64,000 nt of DNA from Squalus acanthias (Eukaryota), in the NCBI GenBank assembly GCA_030390025.1, contig CM059432.1, forward strand, positions 20,524,001-20,588,000, given 5' to 3'. Shown here in pieces: positions 12,124 through 26,073 of the stretch. How positions within the stretch are numbered: the first letter of the stretch is position 1; each line of letters starts with the position of its first letter. Below the pieces are notes generated by a model that was not told where the DNA came from, ran no database searches, and saw only the letters and a program-made list of their open reading frames with translations. The position numbers and the translations under genes are program-made.

Positions 12124-13620
12124 GGCCCAAAATTTAGGGCTAAAAATTCGGGCGTTTAACGTCGGCCATTACTGCTCGATTCTGGGGAAAAAGATGGCGG
12201 CTGCCAGCGGATCCCGCGGCGGGCACCATTTTCGGCAAGTCGGCAGTGCTGCCGTTGCCTGCGCTCGCCAAAAGTATTGTAGTGAGTCGGAGCGTGACGT
12301 TAATCGACGTGCAACGCCAAGTTGACGCCCACTCGTACATTTTGGATTTTGCCGCTCCTATTGCCGCCCTCTCTAAAGCACGCCCATGCACGCAGCCGCT
12401 AAAAGCGCTTCAGCAGCATTAATGGCCATAAGGAGTCTGTCAGGACTTGGCAGATTGTAAACGAGGATGGAGGCTGACAAGGGGAAAACACCTCAGATGG
12501 ATGCTGGAACTTCAAACACCTCCTTTGTCAAGGTTCTTCTTTTATACTTTAATTTTTTGCCTATCAGTGGCGGGGGGGCGGGGGGGCGGGGGGGAGTTGC
12601 ATTTTCTGGAGGCTATCCGTGAGGCCTAAAGTGTTTGTGTGTCAGTAAATCAATGGGTGAAACCTTGTGGAACAAGCTTTTAGTTCAGAACTGAACACCT
12701 GCAAATCCCTCGGCGGATTCCCAGCAAATAAAAAAAATAAGATTTCCTAAAGAGCATCAGATTGCCTAGAACTCCATTGCAACGTTTGAAGATCATCTCT
12801 GATAAGATCTCTTTTATCTTTATGACAGCCTCACAAGAATGTCACCCCCTAGCAAATCTGGACTCAACTGCTTAAGATTTTAAGGAATTATCGCAAATTT
12901 ATTCAAAACTCCATAACCAATTATTTATCAAATAATTATTTTGTGTCGAGTATGCAAGACCCAGTAAAAGCTGGCAGGATTACAACACATTTAAACACTT
13001 TCAAGAGTAACCATTGGTGAACGATTAGTGTTACAGAGAACGCAGGTGCATTAATTTCATGAACTATTAAAAAATCAACAAACAACAGGTGGCAGGTAAT
13101 ATTTTTGTAGCAAGTACGGCAACTGCTCCGTACATGGCCGACAGGTTCGCTCCTTTCTTCCCCGTTCTCCTTCACTGCAAGTGGGAGACAGACGCAACCT
13201 TCGACCTCCTGCTGAGCTTAGCGCTGGAAAGAGTGCATCACATCACAAAATCAACGCCCTGCTGATGTTAATTAGTAGGCAACACCAAAATACCAGTGCT
13301 GCCTGCGCTCTCTCAGCCTTGGCCGGCACTGTCACCAGCAGGTTTCCATTTTTACCCCTTAGTGTCAAAACAATGGCGAGGGTAATAGCGCTCGCCGTTA
13401 TTTATGCGCAAAAGCCACAGCAACTTCAGGCGCGGGCAGTTGGGCGATTAAACATGGAAATTGAAAAGTTGCTGTCAGAGATGCGCCATTCTGCCGTTAG
13501 CTTTGCGAAAACGACAGCTCGCTACCTGGCTCCCCAATCAAATGAATTGAGTGGCATGTAGCTCCTGTACTTGCACGGTAGATACGAAGCAAGCTCGCCA
13601 CAGAAAGTTAAGTCAAGTCA
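12124..13620. mobile_element. Decayed MITE(s)
   Basis: GGCCCAAAATTT/GGGCTAAAAATTCGGGC termini, CpG-rich ends and AT-rich centre like the other Harbinger MITEs; right end not resolved. Confidence 0.4.
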
Positions 13621-13624
13621 TTTC

Positions 13625-16600
13625 AACAACAACACTTGCATTTATATAGCGCCTTTAACATAGTAAAACGTCCCCAGGCGCTTCACAGGAGCGTTATCAA
13701 ACAAAATTTGACACCGAGCCACATTAGGGCAGATAGAGGTATTAGGGCAGAGCTTGGTCAAAGAGGTAGGTTTTAAGGAGTGTCTTTAAGGAGGAAGCAG
13801 CGATAGAGAGGCGGAGAGGTTTAGGGAGGGAATTCCAGAGCCTAGGGCCTTGGCAACTGAAAGCACGGCTGCCAATGGTGGAGCGATTAAAATCGGGGAT
13901 GCGCAAGAGGCCAGAATTGGAGAATCGCAAATATCTCAAAAGGTTGTAGGGCTGGAGGAGGTTACAGCGATAGGAGGGGCGAGGCCATGGAGGGATTTGA
14001 AAGCAAGGATGAGAATTTTAAAATCGAGCTATTGCTTAACCAGGAGTCAATGTAGGTCAGCGAACACAGGGGTGATAGGTGAACGGGACTTGGTGCGAGT
14101 TAAGACACAGGCAGCAGAGTTTTGGATGAGCTTAAGTTTATGGAGGGTACATATGAACATATGAATTAGGAGCAGGAATAGGCCACTCGGCCCCTCAAGC
14201 CTGCTCCGCCATTCAATAAGATCATGGCTGATCTGATTACTCCACACTCCCGCCTACCCCGATAATCTTTCACCCCCTTGCTTATCAAGAATCTATCTAC
14301 CTCTGTCTTAAAAATATTCAAAGACTCTGCTTCCACCGCCCTCTGAGGAAGAGAGTTCCAAAGACTCACGACCTTCTGTGAGAAAAAATTCTCCTCATCT
14401 CTGTCTTAAATGGGCGACCCCTTATTTTTAAACAGTGACCCCCTAGTTCTAGATTCTCCCACAAGAGGAAACATCCTCTCCACCTCCACCCTGTCCAGAC
14501 CCCTCAGGATCTTATATGTTTCAATCAAGTCACCTTTTACTTTTTTAAACTCCAGCGGATACAAGCCTAGCCTGTCCAACCTTTCCTCATAAGACAACCC
14601 GTCCATTCCAGGTATTAGTCTAGTAAACATACTCTGAACTGCTTCCAATGCATTTACATCCTTCCTTAAATAAGGAGACCAATACTGTACACAGTACTCC
14701 AGATGTGGTCTCACCAATGCCCTGTATAACTGAAGCATAACCTCCCTACTTTTGTATTCAATTCCCCCGCAATAAACAATAACATTCTATTACCTTTCCT
14801 AATTACTTGCTGTACCTGCATACTAACCTTTTGCGATTCATGCACTCGGACACCCAGATCCCTCTGCATTTCAGAGCTCTGCAATTTCTCACCATTTAGA
14901 TAATATGCTTCTTTTATATTCTTCCTGCCAAAATGGACAATTTCACATTTTCCCACATTATACTCCATTTGCCAGATCTTTGCCCACTCACTTAGCCTAT
15001 CTATATCCCTTTGTAGCCTCCTTATGTCCTCTTCACAACCTTACTTTCCTACCTATCTTTGTGTCATCAGCAAATTTAGCAACCATACCTTCGGTCCCTT
15101 CATCCAAGTCATTTATATAAATTGTAAAAAGTTGAGGCCCCAGCACTGATCCCTGTGGCATTCCACTCATTCCATCTTGCCAACCAGAAAATGACCCATT
15201 TATGCCTACTCTCTGTTTCCTGTTAGCTAGCCAATCTTCTATCCATGCCAATATGTTACCCCCTACACCATGAGCTTTTATTTTCCGCAAATGGGAGGCC
15301 CACCAGGAGTGCATTGTAATAGTCAAGTCAATGCATGGATGAAGGTTTCAGCAGCAGATGAGCTGAGGCAGGGGCGGCGTCGGGCGATGTTACGGAGGTG
15401 GAAAAAGGTGGTCTTAGTGAAGGAGCTGATATGTGGTTGGATACAACAACAAGGTTGCAAACAGTCTGGTTCAGCTTCAGACAGTTGCCAGGGAGAGGGA
15501 TGGAGTCGGTGGCTAGGGAAAGGATTTTGTGGCAGGGACCAAAGACAATGGCTTCGGTCTTCCCAATATTTAGTTGGAGGAAATTTCTGCTCATCCAGTG
15601 CTGGATGTCGGACAAACAGTGTGACAATTTAGAGGCTGTGGAGGGGTCAAGAGAAGTGGTGGTGAAGTAGAGCTTGGTGTTGTCAGTGTACATTTGGAAA
15701 CTGACGCTGTGTTTTCGGATGATGTCACCGAGGGCATGTAGATAAAAAATGGGAGGGAGTCAAGGATAGATCCATGGTAGACACAGGAGGTAATGTTGCG
15801 GGAGCAGGAAGAGAAGCCATTGCTGGTGATTCTCTGGCTATGACTGGATAGATAAAAATGGAACCAGGTGAGTGAAGTCCCACCAGCTAGACGACGGTGG
15901 AAGGGCATTGGAGGAGAACGGTGTGGTCAGCCGTGTCAAAGGCTGCAGACGAGGTGGGATATTTTACCACGGTCACAGCCACATAGGATGTCATTTGTGA
16001 CTTTGATTAGAGTCGTTTCGATACTATGGCAGGGGCAAAATCCTAATTGGAGGGATTCCAACATGGAGTTCTGGGAAAGATGGGCTCGGGTTTGGGAGGC
16101 GACAACACGTTCAAGGACTTTGGAGAGGAAAGGGAGGTTGGCGATGGGGCAGTAGTTTGCAAGGACAGAGGGGTCAAGGGTTGTTTTTTTGAGGAGAGCG
16201 GTGATGACGGCAAATTTGAAGGAGAGGGGTACAGTACCTTAAGAGAGAGAGAATCGTTAACAATATCAGCTAACATGGGGGTCAGGAATGGAAGTTAGGT
16301 GGTCAGCGGTTTGGGAATAGGGTCGAGGGAGCAGGAGGTGGGTCTCATGGACAAGCTGAGCTCGGAGTGGGCATGAGGGGAGATGGGAGAGAAACTAGAG
16401 AAAGATGCGAGTTCAGTTCTAGGGTGGGTGGGGGGGGGGGGGAACTTTAGAGGAAGTTTTGTCCAGTGGGCTAGGGGAAGGGAGGGAAGCGGCAGAGGCA
16501 GCTGAACGGTGGTCTCAATCTTAGAGACAAAGAAATCCATGAGCTTCTCTCACTTGTTCGAGATGAGGATGGAGGAGGCAGGGGAGAGGGGTCTAAGAAG

Positions 16601-17000
16601 ACGGTTAGCAGTAGAGAAAAGACACCGGGGGTTATCTTTGCACTCCAGGATGATCCTGGAATAGTGAGCAGTTTTGGCAGAGGAGAGCAGGATGTGGTCC
16701 AGCCAGATCTGGTGATAAATGGCTAAATCAGTTGTCCACCATATACGTTCAAGTCTGCATCCCTTGGACTTAAGGGAGCGGAGATGAGGGCCATACCATG
16801 GGGGAATGACCGGGTGAGAGAGAGTAATGGTTTTAATGGGGACTAGGGCATCAAAGATGGAGGTGAGGGTGTGGTTGAGCAGATTGGTAGCTGCAGAGAT
16901 GTTGTGGGGAATGGAGGCTAGACAGTTGGGATTTTGAAAGTGCAGTTGTAAGTGAATTGGGAGAGAGCTTTTTCCAGGGGCCGACACAGAAGGAAGTAGG
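13625..17000 (-). mobile_element. L2-clade LINE, decayed, interrupted by a CR1 at 14151-15290
   Basis: LKTLLKTYLFDQA C-terminus, IQNSAACVLTRT, YTDNTKLY (YADD equivalent), LQLNIGKTEAIVF, PPWYGPHLRSLK; (TGT)n tail. Confidence 0.9.
14151..15290 (-). mobile_element. CR1 LINE, 5'-truncated
   Basis: [44 protein letters not shown] and CR1 3' UTR. Confidence 0.93.
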
Positions 17001-17009
17001 GTTTCAGTC

Positions 17010-17505
17010 TAAGTACCCTTTTAATGATGTGACAAGTGTTAATTACTGCCAGTCAATCTCTCTGGTGCTGAAAATTAACGATTACAAGTGTGGAGTCTTG
17101 TTTCTTCAGGTTTTAATTGTTGTTGGAGTTTAATTAATTAAATTAATTAAATTAATTTTTTTTTTACTTTTTCTTTCTGTCTCTTTTTCTCTCTCTTAAT
17201 CCAATCTTTGTTTTCCCCTCTTTATTTCTCTTTCTGTACCTGATTTGACATTGAATTCAACTCATTCTAACTTACGCTTCCGTCTCAGTGCTTGCGCTGT
17301 TAATTTCACAATGCTTCAATCTAATTGGTTAAAGAGATACAAAGTTGCTTGCTCTGTTCATCCAGATCCTGGATGTCCTGTAGGGGGCGCTGCGACATTT
17401 CCATCTCGCACTTCCAGCAACTTGCCATGCAAAATATCGTTGACATTAAACAGGCAAGGGCAAGTCTAACTAACACCATTGCCCTGCTACAGGAAATTTT
17501 GGGTC
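17010..17505. mobile_element. MITE related to 1003-1755, left end lost
   Basis: Shared internal segments (CTGAAAATTAAC...GTGGAGTC; CTTCAATCTAATTGG) and terminus GGAAATTTTGGGTC. Confidence 0.5.
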
Positions 17506-18399
17506 ATAATCCTGGGTCAATCAATACATTTAAAAAAGGAACTGATCAGTACCAATCAAGAAAGGGGATAAAATGTTATAGAGTTATTAATAGATCACAC
17601 GAGGGCTTTCAAGATGGAGAAGAATCAACAACTCAGGTTAATTATGGACCTTGGAAGGAACGGCCTTGTTGTGCCGAGTAGCCTTTTCTCATTCTAAACT
17701 CTCTTCTGTTCTTCTTACCATCATCCATGAGAGGTGACCATTGTATTATCCCAGGCTAACCTAATGATGCACATTCCATTTACATTTGCAAAAAAAAAGT
17801 CAACAACTCGAAGCCTACTCTGATCCAATCATCAAACTTCATTCCATTTATGTTTCACATGACTGTCACAAAGCGAAGCATGAAAAATAGGCAACTAAAA
17901 TTCACAGAGCATTATGCCTCTCACATGACAATCAGCTGAATGTAATAGAGATAAATCTATTCAACAATTATACTATGTCACGAATAATATAAGCAGGCTG
18001 TTTATTGAAGTCTTTTTTTTTGTTCTGCTAAGTCATACATTTTGAACTTGTTGACAAAATTAACTATTGGATATGTTCTTACACATTTTTTCCTTTGAGA
18101 CCCATTTTATTCACCTCGGGACTTGCTTCTATTTCTCCTTTTCTGATCCCTTGGGACGCCTCCAATATGGAAAAGGTGGATGGGCACTGCCACCAAGTCT
18201 GTTCCGGTCTTGAACCAGCAACTAGAATTTTTGTGAACAGACCCAGATGATAATTCTCCCTGTAATTTCCTTGCCCTCCCTTAAGGAAGCAATCTCCTCT
18301 TGGTGGCTCTTCTGAGCAGCACAGCGGAGGATGGGAACTCATCAGAACAAGGAATTGTATTGTTTCACCCTTTCTATTGCTCCTCGCATGAAGACCTGG

Positions 18400-19960
18400 A
18401 TTAAATAGTCAATGACAAATAAACCTGTTCAGTGACAATGCACTTGTATGTCTGGAACATCAAGGTGGTTGACACATCACAAGCTGCCTTATGTAGATCT
18501 GAGACTTGGGATGGCGCAGGTGTTACCTGGAGGCCAGTTATGAGAATATGTAGTCATATATCCAAGTCTTGGTGTCTACTGTGATTGGGTTGCAAAGAGG
18601 CAAGCAGATGCTGCTGAACATCTGGGCTTACAATTGGTGGAGCTCTCCTTCCATGGGGTATGGTGTGTCGTTATTGTGGTCTGCAGGAGGTGTCAAATGA
18701 CTCAATCATCTTAGCTCATTGGGGCTCCTGGTACCTGCTGTGTGCTAGCAAGGGTGCAAACCTGTGCTTGTCAGTTGTCTAACAACCAACGCCACTATCT
18801 TTCTTGGCTGAGGGTAGGTAAGCCCAAGGCCTCTTTGGGGTTTAAGGTGGCTCCAAAATGACATAATTACTGATGGAAGTTTGGAACCAAGTCTATCCTC
18901 TGTGGCAGACTCAGAAAGCTGATACTTGAAATAGGCAGGTCTGTGATGTTTCAGTACAATGTTGGTTGACCAGCCACGAATGGCTCACTAATAGACCTTG
19001 GAGAGGTAGGGCTTTAGCTGGTAGTTTGGATTCTTTCCACTCGACTCCATATAACCCTGCAAGCCTCTAACAGTTAGAATGGTCCTGGCATCCACCCAGC
19101 CACTGGGATTTGATCTGAGTCAACAACTGGGATAGATGCCCTTGTACCTTCCAATCAATACCTATGAGATCCCCTTTTGAGTTGTGCAAAGCCATAAAAC
19201 TTCAAATCGGGTCACTTACCACCATATTTCCTACACTACAAGACTGACTACACTTCAAAAAGTACTTAATTGGCTGTGAAGCGCTCTGGGACATCCTGAG
19301 GTCGTGAAAGGTGCTATATAAAAGCAAGTCTTTATATTTCACTGGTTAGTCCATTGTTTAAAATGGTTAGTGAGCAAATTGGATCCCCTGGTGAGTCTAA
19401 CAGAAACACAATGTTATCTGTGAAAATGAGTGCTGCAATTCTTTCAGAAATGTCTTGAACATACAGTCCAAGCCTGTTTCTTACAATGCCACCTAGCACC
19501 TCATTGATGAAGATATGGAATAGGATGGGTGACAGTGGATAACCTTACCTCACTCCTCTCACTTGAGAGAGATAGGTTCAGTGAGACTCTCATCGATCTT
19601 GGAGTTGGACTACACATTCCAGATAAAATCTAAGATTTGGCCATGTACTCTTATCGCTTTCAGTCTCTTTATGAGGGCCACATGTGGCATTAGGTTGAAA
19701 GCCTAAGAAAAATCAATGGAGGCATTGTTAGTGAGTTTCCCCTGAGCCTTGCGATACTCTGCAATCTACAATCTGTCCTACAGATTAACAACAGCAGCAA
19801 AATCCAGCCTTTTCCTTTCTAATTATTCCTTGAACCTGCGAAGCATATGCCGTGATAACTTGCTGGACCATTTTAAGGATGACTGGTACCAGCGTGATTG
19901 TTCAGTAGTTTTTGTCCTCACTAGAATAACCCGTTCTTGTGGCCAGAAACCAAAACTTGT
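18400..19960 (-). mobile_element. Ancient, highly decayed non-LTR reverse transcriptase (R2/NeSL-like or RTE-like)
   Basis: Collinear motifs on the minus strand: ITLVPVILK, ASIDFS*AFNLMPH, TEPISLK..RGVR*GYPLSPILFHIFINEVL, FTDNIVFL; interrupted by a Deu-SINE tail at ~19225-19335; extent beyond the RT core is uncertain. Confidence 0.65.
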
Positions 19961-20009
19961 CTGTGGAATTCTGAGGGTGTGCTACCTTATGTATCAGCTT
20001 GGTTCAGTT

Positions 20010-20428
20010 TGTAGCAGAGTTGAGCCAGGGTATGGATTCAAGCACCACTCCAGGATTTAAGATAACAATCTAGGCTCAGATTTCAGTGCGGTACTGAGGA
20101 AGTGCTGCACTACCAGGGGATCCGTCTTTGGGATGGGATGTTCAACCCACATAAAAGATTTGGTGAACATAAAAGTCCCGCGGCACTTGGAGAACAGAGT
20201 TCTCTTGGAGCCTTCGCCAATATCTCAACCAACACCACTGAAAAAACAGATTAACGGGTTATTCATCTCAATTGCTGTTTGTGTGACTTTGCTGTGTACA
20301 AATTGGCTTTCATATTTACCCACGTAACAACAGTTGCTACACTTCAAATGTATTTTATTGAATGTGAAGCGCTTTGGGACATCCTGAGAGCACGATCAGG
20401 TGCAATATAAATGCAGGTTCTTTCTTTG
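20010..20428 (+). mobile_element. Deu-domain SINE (SacSINE1-like)
   Basis: GTGCTGCACT...GTCTTTGGGATG body, AAATTGGC...CAACAGTTGCTACACTTCAAA and L2-type tail AAGCGCTTTGGGAC...TATAAATGCAGGTTCTTT. Confidence 0.85.
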
Positions 20429-20502
20429 TCCAATGTGATCCTGGCCACTAGAATGGCAGCTCCAAACCAGTGTACTTCAAGACCATTACTTTTTTTTCTT
20501 AC

Positions 20503-20996
20503 CTAAAGCAGCTTTTTGGAATTTGGTATCAATACTATCCGCACTTGCTGCACTACCGTTAGCTTGGTAACACAGTGCAGAGTCCACTTCCCATCATTGA
20601 AGTGGTTCATTATACCTTCTTTTTGTGCAACACAATCCACTTTCCTTTCCAACCTCCATGAGGATGAGCCCTTACTACAGCCTATTGGGTCAGATGGCAA
20701 CTCAGTATAGTGTTGTCTCTGGGTACTGAAAAAGCCTACATCAGTTTGTTGGAGAACATTCCCAGTCATTGCTACTGGCCCGGAGGAGCTTTTATGAGCA
20801 TGACTTTGGATAATTTTTGCGTAGTTACAAACCATTGATTGTGCTTCATCTCCCTAATGTCTCCCCTAGTCTCACAATACACAGTATCTGGACCTATCTT
20901 GTAGCAGCTCTTGATTATTCCAAAGAGGGTTGAAATACCACTCTTCTGCTTCCTGCTAACAGATCTCCTTCCCTTTGCAGTTACATTAACAGGAAC
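20503..20996 (-). other. Candidate 494-nt exon of an unidentified minus-strand transcript
   Basis: Non-repetitive segment between a pyrimidine-rich acceptor (TTTTTATTTTTAATAAGCAG|G) and a strong donor (TAG|GTAAGA); no frame is open throughout. Confidence 0.4.
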
Positions 20997-21171
20997 CTGC
21001 TTATTAAAAATAAAAATGGAATAAATAATTGCATAACTTACAATGACCATAAAGTGCAATTAACCAGCAACGTTATACGCATGAAACACATTTTAGCTTA
21101 CAAGCATAAATGAGGACTTTAATACTTGTATTAAATTAATCAATAAATTAATTGCATTGACTCTCTCCCCC

Positions 21172-21515
21172 AAAAGAAAGTCTTGCATTTATATAGCGCC
21201 TTTCATGACCTCATAATATCCAAAAGCACTTTGCAGCCAATGAAGTACTTTTGAAGTGTAGTCACTGCTGTATAGCAGGAAATGCAACAGCCAGTTTGTG
21301 CACTGCAAGGTCCCATAAAACAGCAAAGAAATAAATGACCATTTCATTTGTTTTATTGATGTTGGTTGAGGGATAAACATTGCCAGGACACTGGGGAGAA
21401 CGCCCCTGCTCTTTAGAATAGTGCCATGGAATCTTTTACGTCCATCTGAGAGCACAGACAGGTCCTCAGTTTAACGCCTCATCTGAAAATAGAGTGCGAC
21501 CACTGAGTCACGGCT
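21172..21515 (-). mobile_element. Deu-domain SINE (SacSINE1-like)
   Basis: Reverse of the tail (CTTGCATTTATATAGCGCCTTTCA) and Deu core (GTGCCATGGAATCTTTTACGTCCA). Confidence 0.88.
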
Positions 21516-22199
21516 CCGATTCAGTCTTTCTCAGTACCTCGAAACTCTGGAACTCCTTCTTTCCCTTAGTCTTTCTTTCTTCCTAAAATCTACAAGCTTT
21601 GAAAACCCAAGATTTCTGTCACCTAATCTTAATTATTCTCGTCTTCTCTCCTACTCTTTCCAAGCTAAGTGGCATCCTACGCTATGGGCCTCAAAACCTC
21701 AACTTGGATTCTTTATAATAATAAAGACAAAGATAGAAAAACAGGTTCGGGGGCAAAAAATAGAGAAAAAGGAGATGTAAACCAGAAGAGCTATATTAGA
21801 ATCTGGCTAGGTTCTAACTAAAAACAGTCAACCCATACAAATGGTAAATTACATTAAAAATTCTTCTATATTTCCTGTGCATCCACTGCTGCAGTTATTG
21901 CTGTAATAAGCATACTAACACTGTACTATGTCAGCATACTCGATCAGCAATGCAGTCTATTGAGACGACTGAACCTTTATAATCACATCAAAGAACATTC
22001 ATTGTCAATTCCAATACCACATTAGATTTTTTTTTGCATTAAATAATATTGTATCAAATTGAGTCAGAAATTTCAAGTCTCTATATACAGTACAGAAAGG
22101 TACATTTCAATCACTTACACTCCAAACTAATCTTTTTACCTTACTTCACTTGTCAGATTTTACTTTCTTTGGAGACATTCAGCTGGCAAGGGAGGTTCA

Positions 22200-23125
22200 T
22201 AGAATCATACAATCCTAGAAAGATACAGCTCAGAAGGAGGCCATTCGGCCGATTGTGTCGGTGTCAGCTCTTTGGCAGAGCTATTCAATTGATCCCACTC
22301 CCCTGAACTTTCCACATAGCTCTCTAATTTTTTTCCCTTCAAGTATTTATTCAATTCTCTTTTGAATGCTACGATTGAATGTGCTTCCACCATCCTTTCA
22401 GGCAGTGCATCCTAGATCACAACAACTTGCTGCGTAAAAAAATGTTTCCTCATGGCGCCTCTGGTTCTTTTGACAATCACCTTAAATCTGTGTCCTCTGG
22501 TTACCGACCCTTCTGCCGCTGGAAACAGTTTCTTCTTATTTACTCGATCAAAACCATTCATGATTTAGAACACCTCTATCAAATCTCCTCTTAACCTTCT
22601 CTGTTCTGAGGAGAACAACCCCAGCTTCTCCAGTCTCTTCACATAACTAAAGTCCCTCATCCCTGGAACCATCCTACTAAATCTCTTCTGCACCCTCTCC
22701 AAGGCCTTGACATCCTTCCTAAAGTGCTCTGCCCAGAGTTGAACACAATACTCCAGCTGAGGCCTAACCAGTGTTTTATAAATGTTTAGCTTAACTTCCT
22801 TGCTTTTGTACTCTATTCCTCTATTAATAAAGCCAAGGATCCAGTATGCTTTTTTTAACAGCCTTCTCAACTTGTCCTGCCACCTTCAAAGATATGTGCA
22901 CACAAAATCCCCAGGTCGCTCTGTTTCTGCACCCACTTTAAAGTGTACCATTTAGTTCTTATTGTTTCTCCTCGTTCTTCCTACCAAAGTGTACAACTTC
23001 ACACTTCTCTGTGTTAAATTCCATCTGCCATGTATCTGCCTATTTTACCAGGCTGACTATGTCTGTTATTATTATACTCATTGTTTACTACATTAATGAG
23101 TTTCACATCATCTGCAAACTTGGAA
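22200..23125 (-). mobile_element. CR1 LINE, 5'-truncated
   Basis: LVRPQLEYCVQLWAEHFRKDV...EQRRLRGDLIEVF; (ATAGAATC) tail. Confidence 0.9.
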
Positions 23126-23237
23126 TTATTCCCTGTTGAATCCCTCCAATCAGGTTTCTGCTCCTGCCACAATACCAAAACAGCTCTTATTCAAGTCACA
23201 AATTACATCCTTTATAAATACATGTAAATACACAAAT

Positions 23238-25073
23238 TACATGTTTTATAAATATATTAAGAGTAAGAGGATAACTAAAGAAAGGGTAGGACCTATTAGA
23301 GATCATGAGGGTAATCTGTGTGTGGAGGCGGGAGACGTCGGTAGGGTTCTTAATGAATACTTTGCGTCTGTTTTCACAAAGGAGAGGGGCGAAGCAGACA
23401 TTGCTATCGGGGGGAGAGTGTGAAATATTAGATGAAATAAACATAGTGAAAGAGGAAGTATTAAGGGGTTTAGCAGCTTTAAAAGTGGATAAATCCGCAG
23501 GCCCGGATGAAATGTATCCCAGGCTGTTAAGCGAAGCAAAAGAGGAAATAGCAGAGGCCCTGACCATCATTTTTCAATCCTCTCTGGCTTCAGGTGTGAC
23601 GCTGGAGGACTCGAGGACCGCTAATGTGGTACCCTTGTTTAAAAAGGGAGAAAAGGATAGACCGAGTAATTACAGGCCAGTCAGCCTAACTTCGGTGGTG
23701 GGAAAATTATTGGAAAGAATTCTGAAGGACAGGATAAATCTTCATTTCGAAAGACACCGATTAATCAAGGATAGTCAGCACGGATTTGTTAAGGGAAGGT
23801 CGCGTCTGACAAACTTGATTGAATTTTTTGAGGAGGTAACAAGGAGGGTAGATGAGGGTAGTGCGTTTGACGTAGTCTATATGGACTTTAGCAAGGCTTT
23901 TGATAAGGTTCCATGTGGCAGACTGGTCATGAAGTTAAAAGCCCATGGGATCCAGGGCAAAGTGTCAAGTTGGATTCAAAACTGGCTCGGAGACAGGAAG
24001 CAGAGGGTAATGGTTCATGGGTGTTTTTGTGACTGGAAGGCTGTTTCCAGTGGAGTTCCGCAGGGCTCAGTACTAGGTCCCTTGCTTTTTGTGGTATATA
24101 TCAACGATCTTGACTTGAATATAGGAGGTATGATTAAGAAGTTTGCAGATGATACTAAAATCAGCTGTGTGATTGATACTGAAGAAAGAAGCTGTAGACT
24201 GCAGGAAGATATTAATAAATTGGTCAGGTGGGCAGAACAGTGGCAAATGAAATTCAATCCAGAAAAGTGTGAGGTAATGCATTTGGGGAGGGCTAACAAG
24301 GAAAGGGAATACACATTAAATGGTAGGACACTAAGTAGTGTAGAGGAAGAAAGGGACCTTGGAGTGCATGTCCACAGATCCCTGAAGGAAGCAGGCCAAG
24401 TAGATAAGGTGGTTAAGAAGGCATACGGAATGCTTGCCTTTATTAGCCATGGCATAGAATACAAGAGCAGGGGGGGTTATGCTTCAACTGTATAAAATAC
24501 TAGTTTGGCCTCAGCTAGAGTACTGCGTGCAGTTCTGGTCACCACATTACAGGAAAGATGTGATTGCACTAGAGAGGGTACAGAGGAGATTTACAAGGAT
24601 GTTGCTGGGAGTAGTGAATCTTAGCTATGAGGAAAGACTGGATAGGCTGGGTCTGTTTTCCTTGGAACAGAGGAGGCTGAGGGGAGACCTTATTGAGGTG
24701 TATAAAATTATTTGAGGTGTATAGATAAAGTGGATAGAAAGGACCTATTTCCCTTAGCAGAGGGGTCAAAAACCAGAGGGCACAGATTTAAAGTAATTGG
24801 GGGAAGGTTTAGAGGGGATTTGAGGGGAAATTTCTTCACCCAGAGGGTTGTGGGAGTCTGGAACTCACTGCCTGAAAGGGTGGTAGAGGAAGGAACCCTA
24901 ACCACATTTAAAAAGTACTTGGATGTGCACTTGGGATGCTCTAACCTGCAGGGCTACGGGCCAAGAGCTGGGAAGTGGGATTAGGCTGGATAGCTCTTTG
25001 TTGGCTGGCGCAGACACGATGGGCCGAAATGGCCTCCTTCCGTGCTGTAACTTTCTATGATTCTATGATTCTA
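23238..25073 (+). mobile_element. CR1 LINE, 5'-truncated, RT largely open (23305-24495)
   Basis: NYRPVSLTSVVGK, SQHGFVKG, MDFSKAFDKV, GVPQGSVLGP, KFADDTK; (TTCTATGA)n tail. Confidence 0.95.
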
Positions 25074-25902
25074 TCCTATGTGACTGTGAGAAAGGTAAAC
25101 TATCCCTCCTCGCCCTTCTCGACCTGTCTGCAACCTTTGACACGGTTGACGACACCACCCTCTTCCAACGCCTCTCTACCATCGTCCAACTGGGTGGGAC
25201 TACACTCACCTGGTTCCATTCTTACCTATCTAATCGTAGACAGAGAATCACCTGCAATGGCTTCTCTTCCCACTCCCGCATCGTTACCTCTGGTGTCCCC
25301 CAAGGATCTATCCTTGGCCCTCTCCTATTTCTGATCTACATACTGCCCCTCGGCGACATCATCCGAAAACACAGTGCCAGTTTGCACATGTACGCTGACG
25401 ACACCAAGCTCTATCTCACCACCACTTCTCTCGACCCCTCCACTGTCTCTAAGTTGTCGGACAGCTTGTCCAACATCCAGTTCTGGATGAGCAGAAATGA
25501 CCTCCAACTAAATATTGGGAAGACCGAAGCCATTGTCTTCAGTCCCTGCCACAAACTCCATTCCCTAGCCACCAACTCCATCCCTCTCCGTAGCATTTGT
25601 CTGAGGCTGAACTAGACTGTTCGTAACTTTGGTGTCATATTTGACCCTGAAATGAGCTTCCGACCACATATCCACGCCATCACTAAGACTGCCTATTTCC
25701 ACCTCCATAACAACGCCCGACTCCGCCCCTGCCTCAGCTCATCTGCTGCTGAAACCCTCATCCATGCCTTTGTTACCTCTAGACTTGACTATTCCAACGC
25801 ACTCCTGGCCGGCCTCCCACATTCTACCCTCCGTAAACTTGAGGTCATCCAAAACTCGGCTGCCCATGTCCTAACTCGCACCATGTCTTGTTCACCCATC
25901 AC

Positions 25903-26073
25903 CAATGTTCCGCATAGTTTTTTTTGGGTGCGGGGCTCCTTTAAGGGGTTGCATGGCCCATTCATAGTTTCATGCATGCGCGAAACTTAACATTGAAAAA
26001 GCCGGTCCCGGGCTGCATCGGACCGGCAGAGAGCTGCGCGGTTGCACAGCTGTGCAGCTTCGAGGGAATGTTG
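25903..26073. mobile_element. hAT-family MITE (171 bp)
   Basis: TIRs CAATGTTCC / GGAATGTTG and 8-bp TSD CCCATCAC (25895-25902) / CCCATCGC (26074-26081) inside L2 sequence. Confidence 0.8.
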
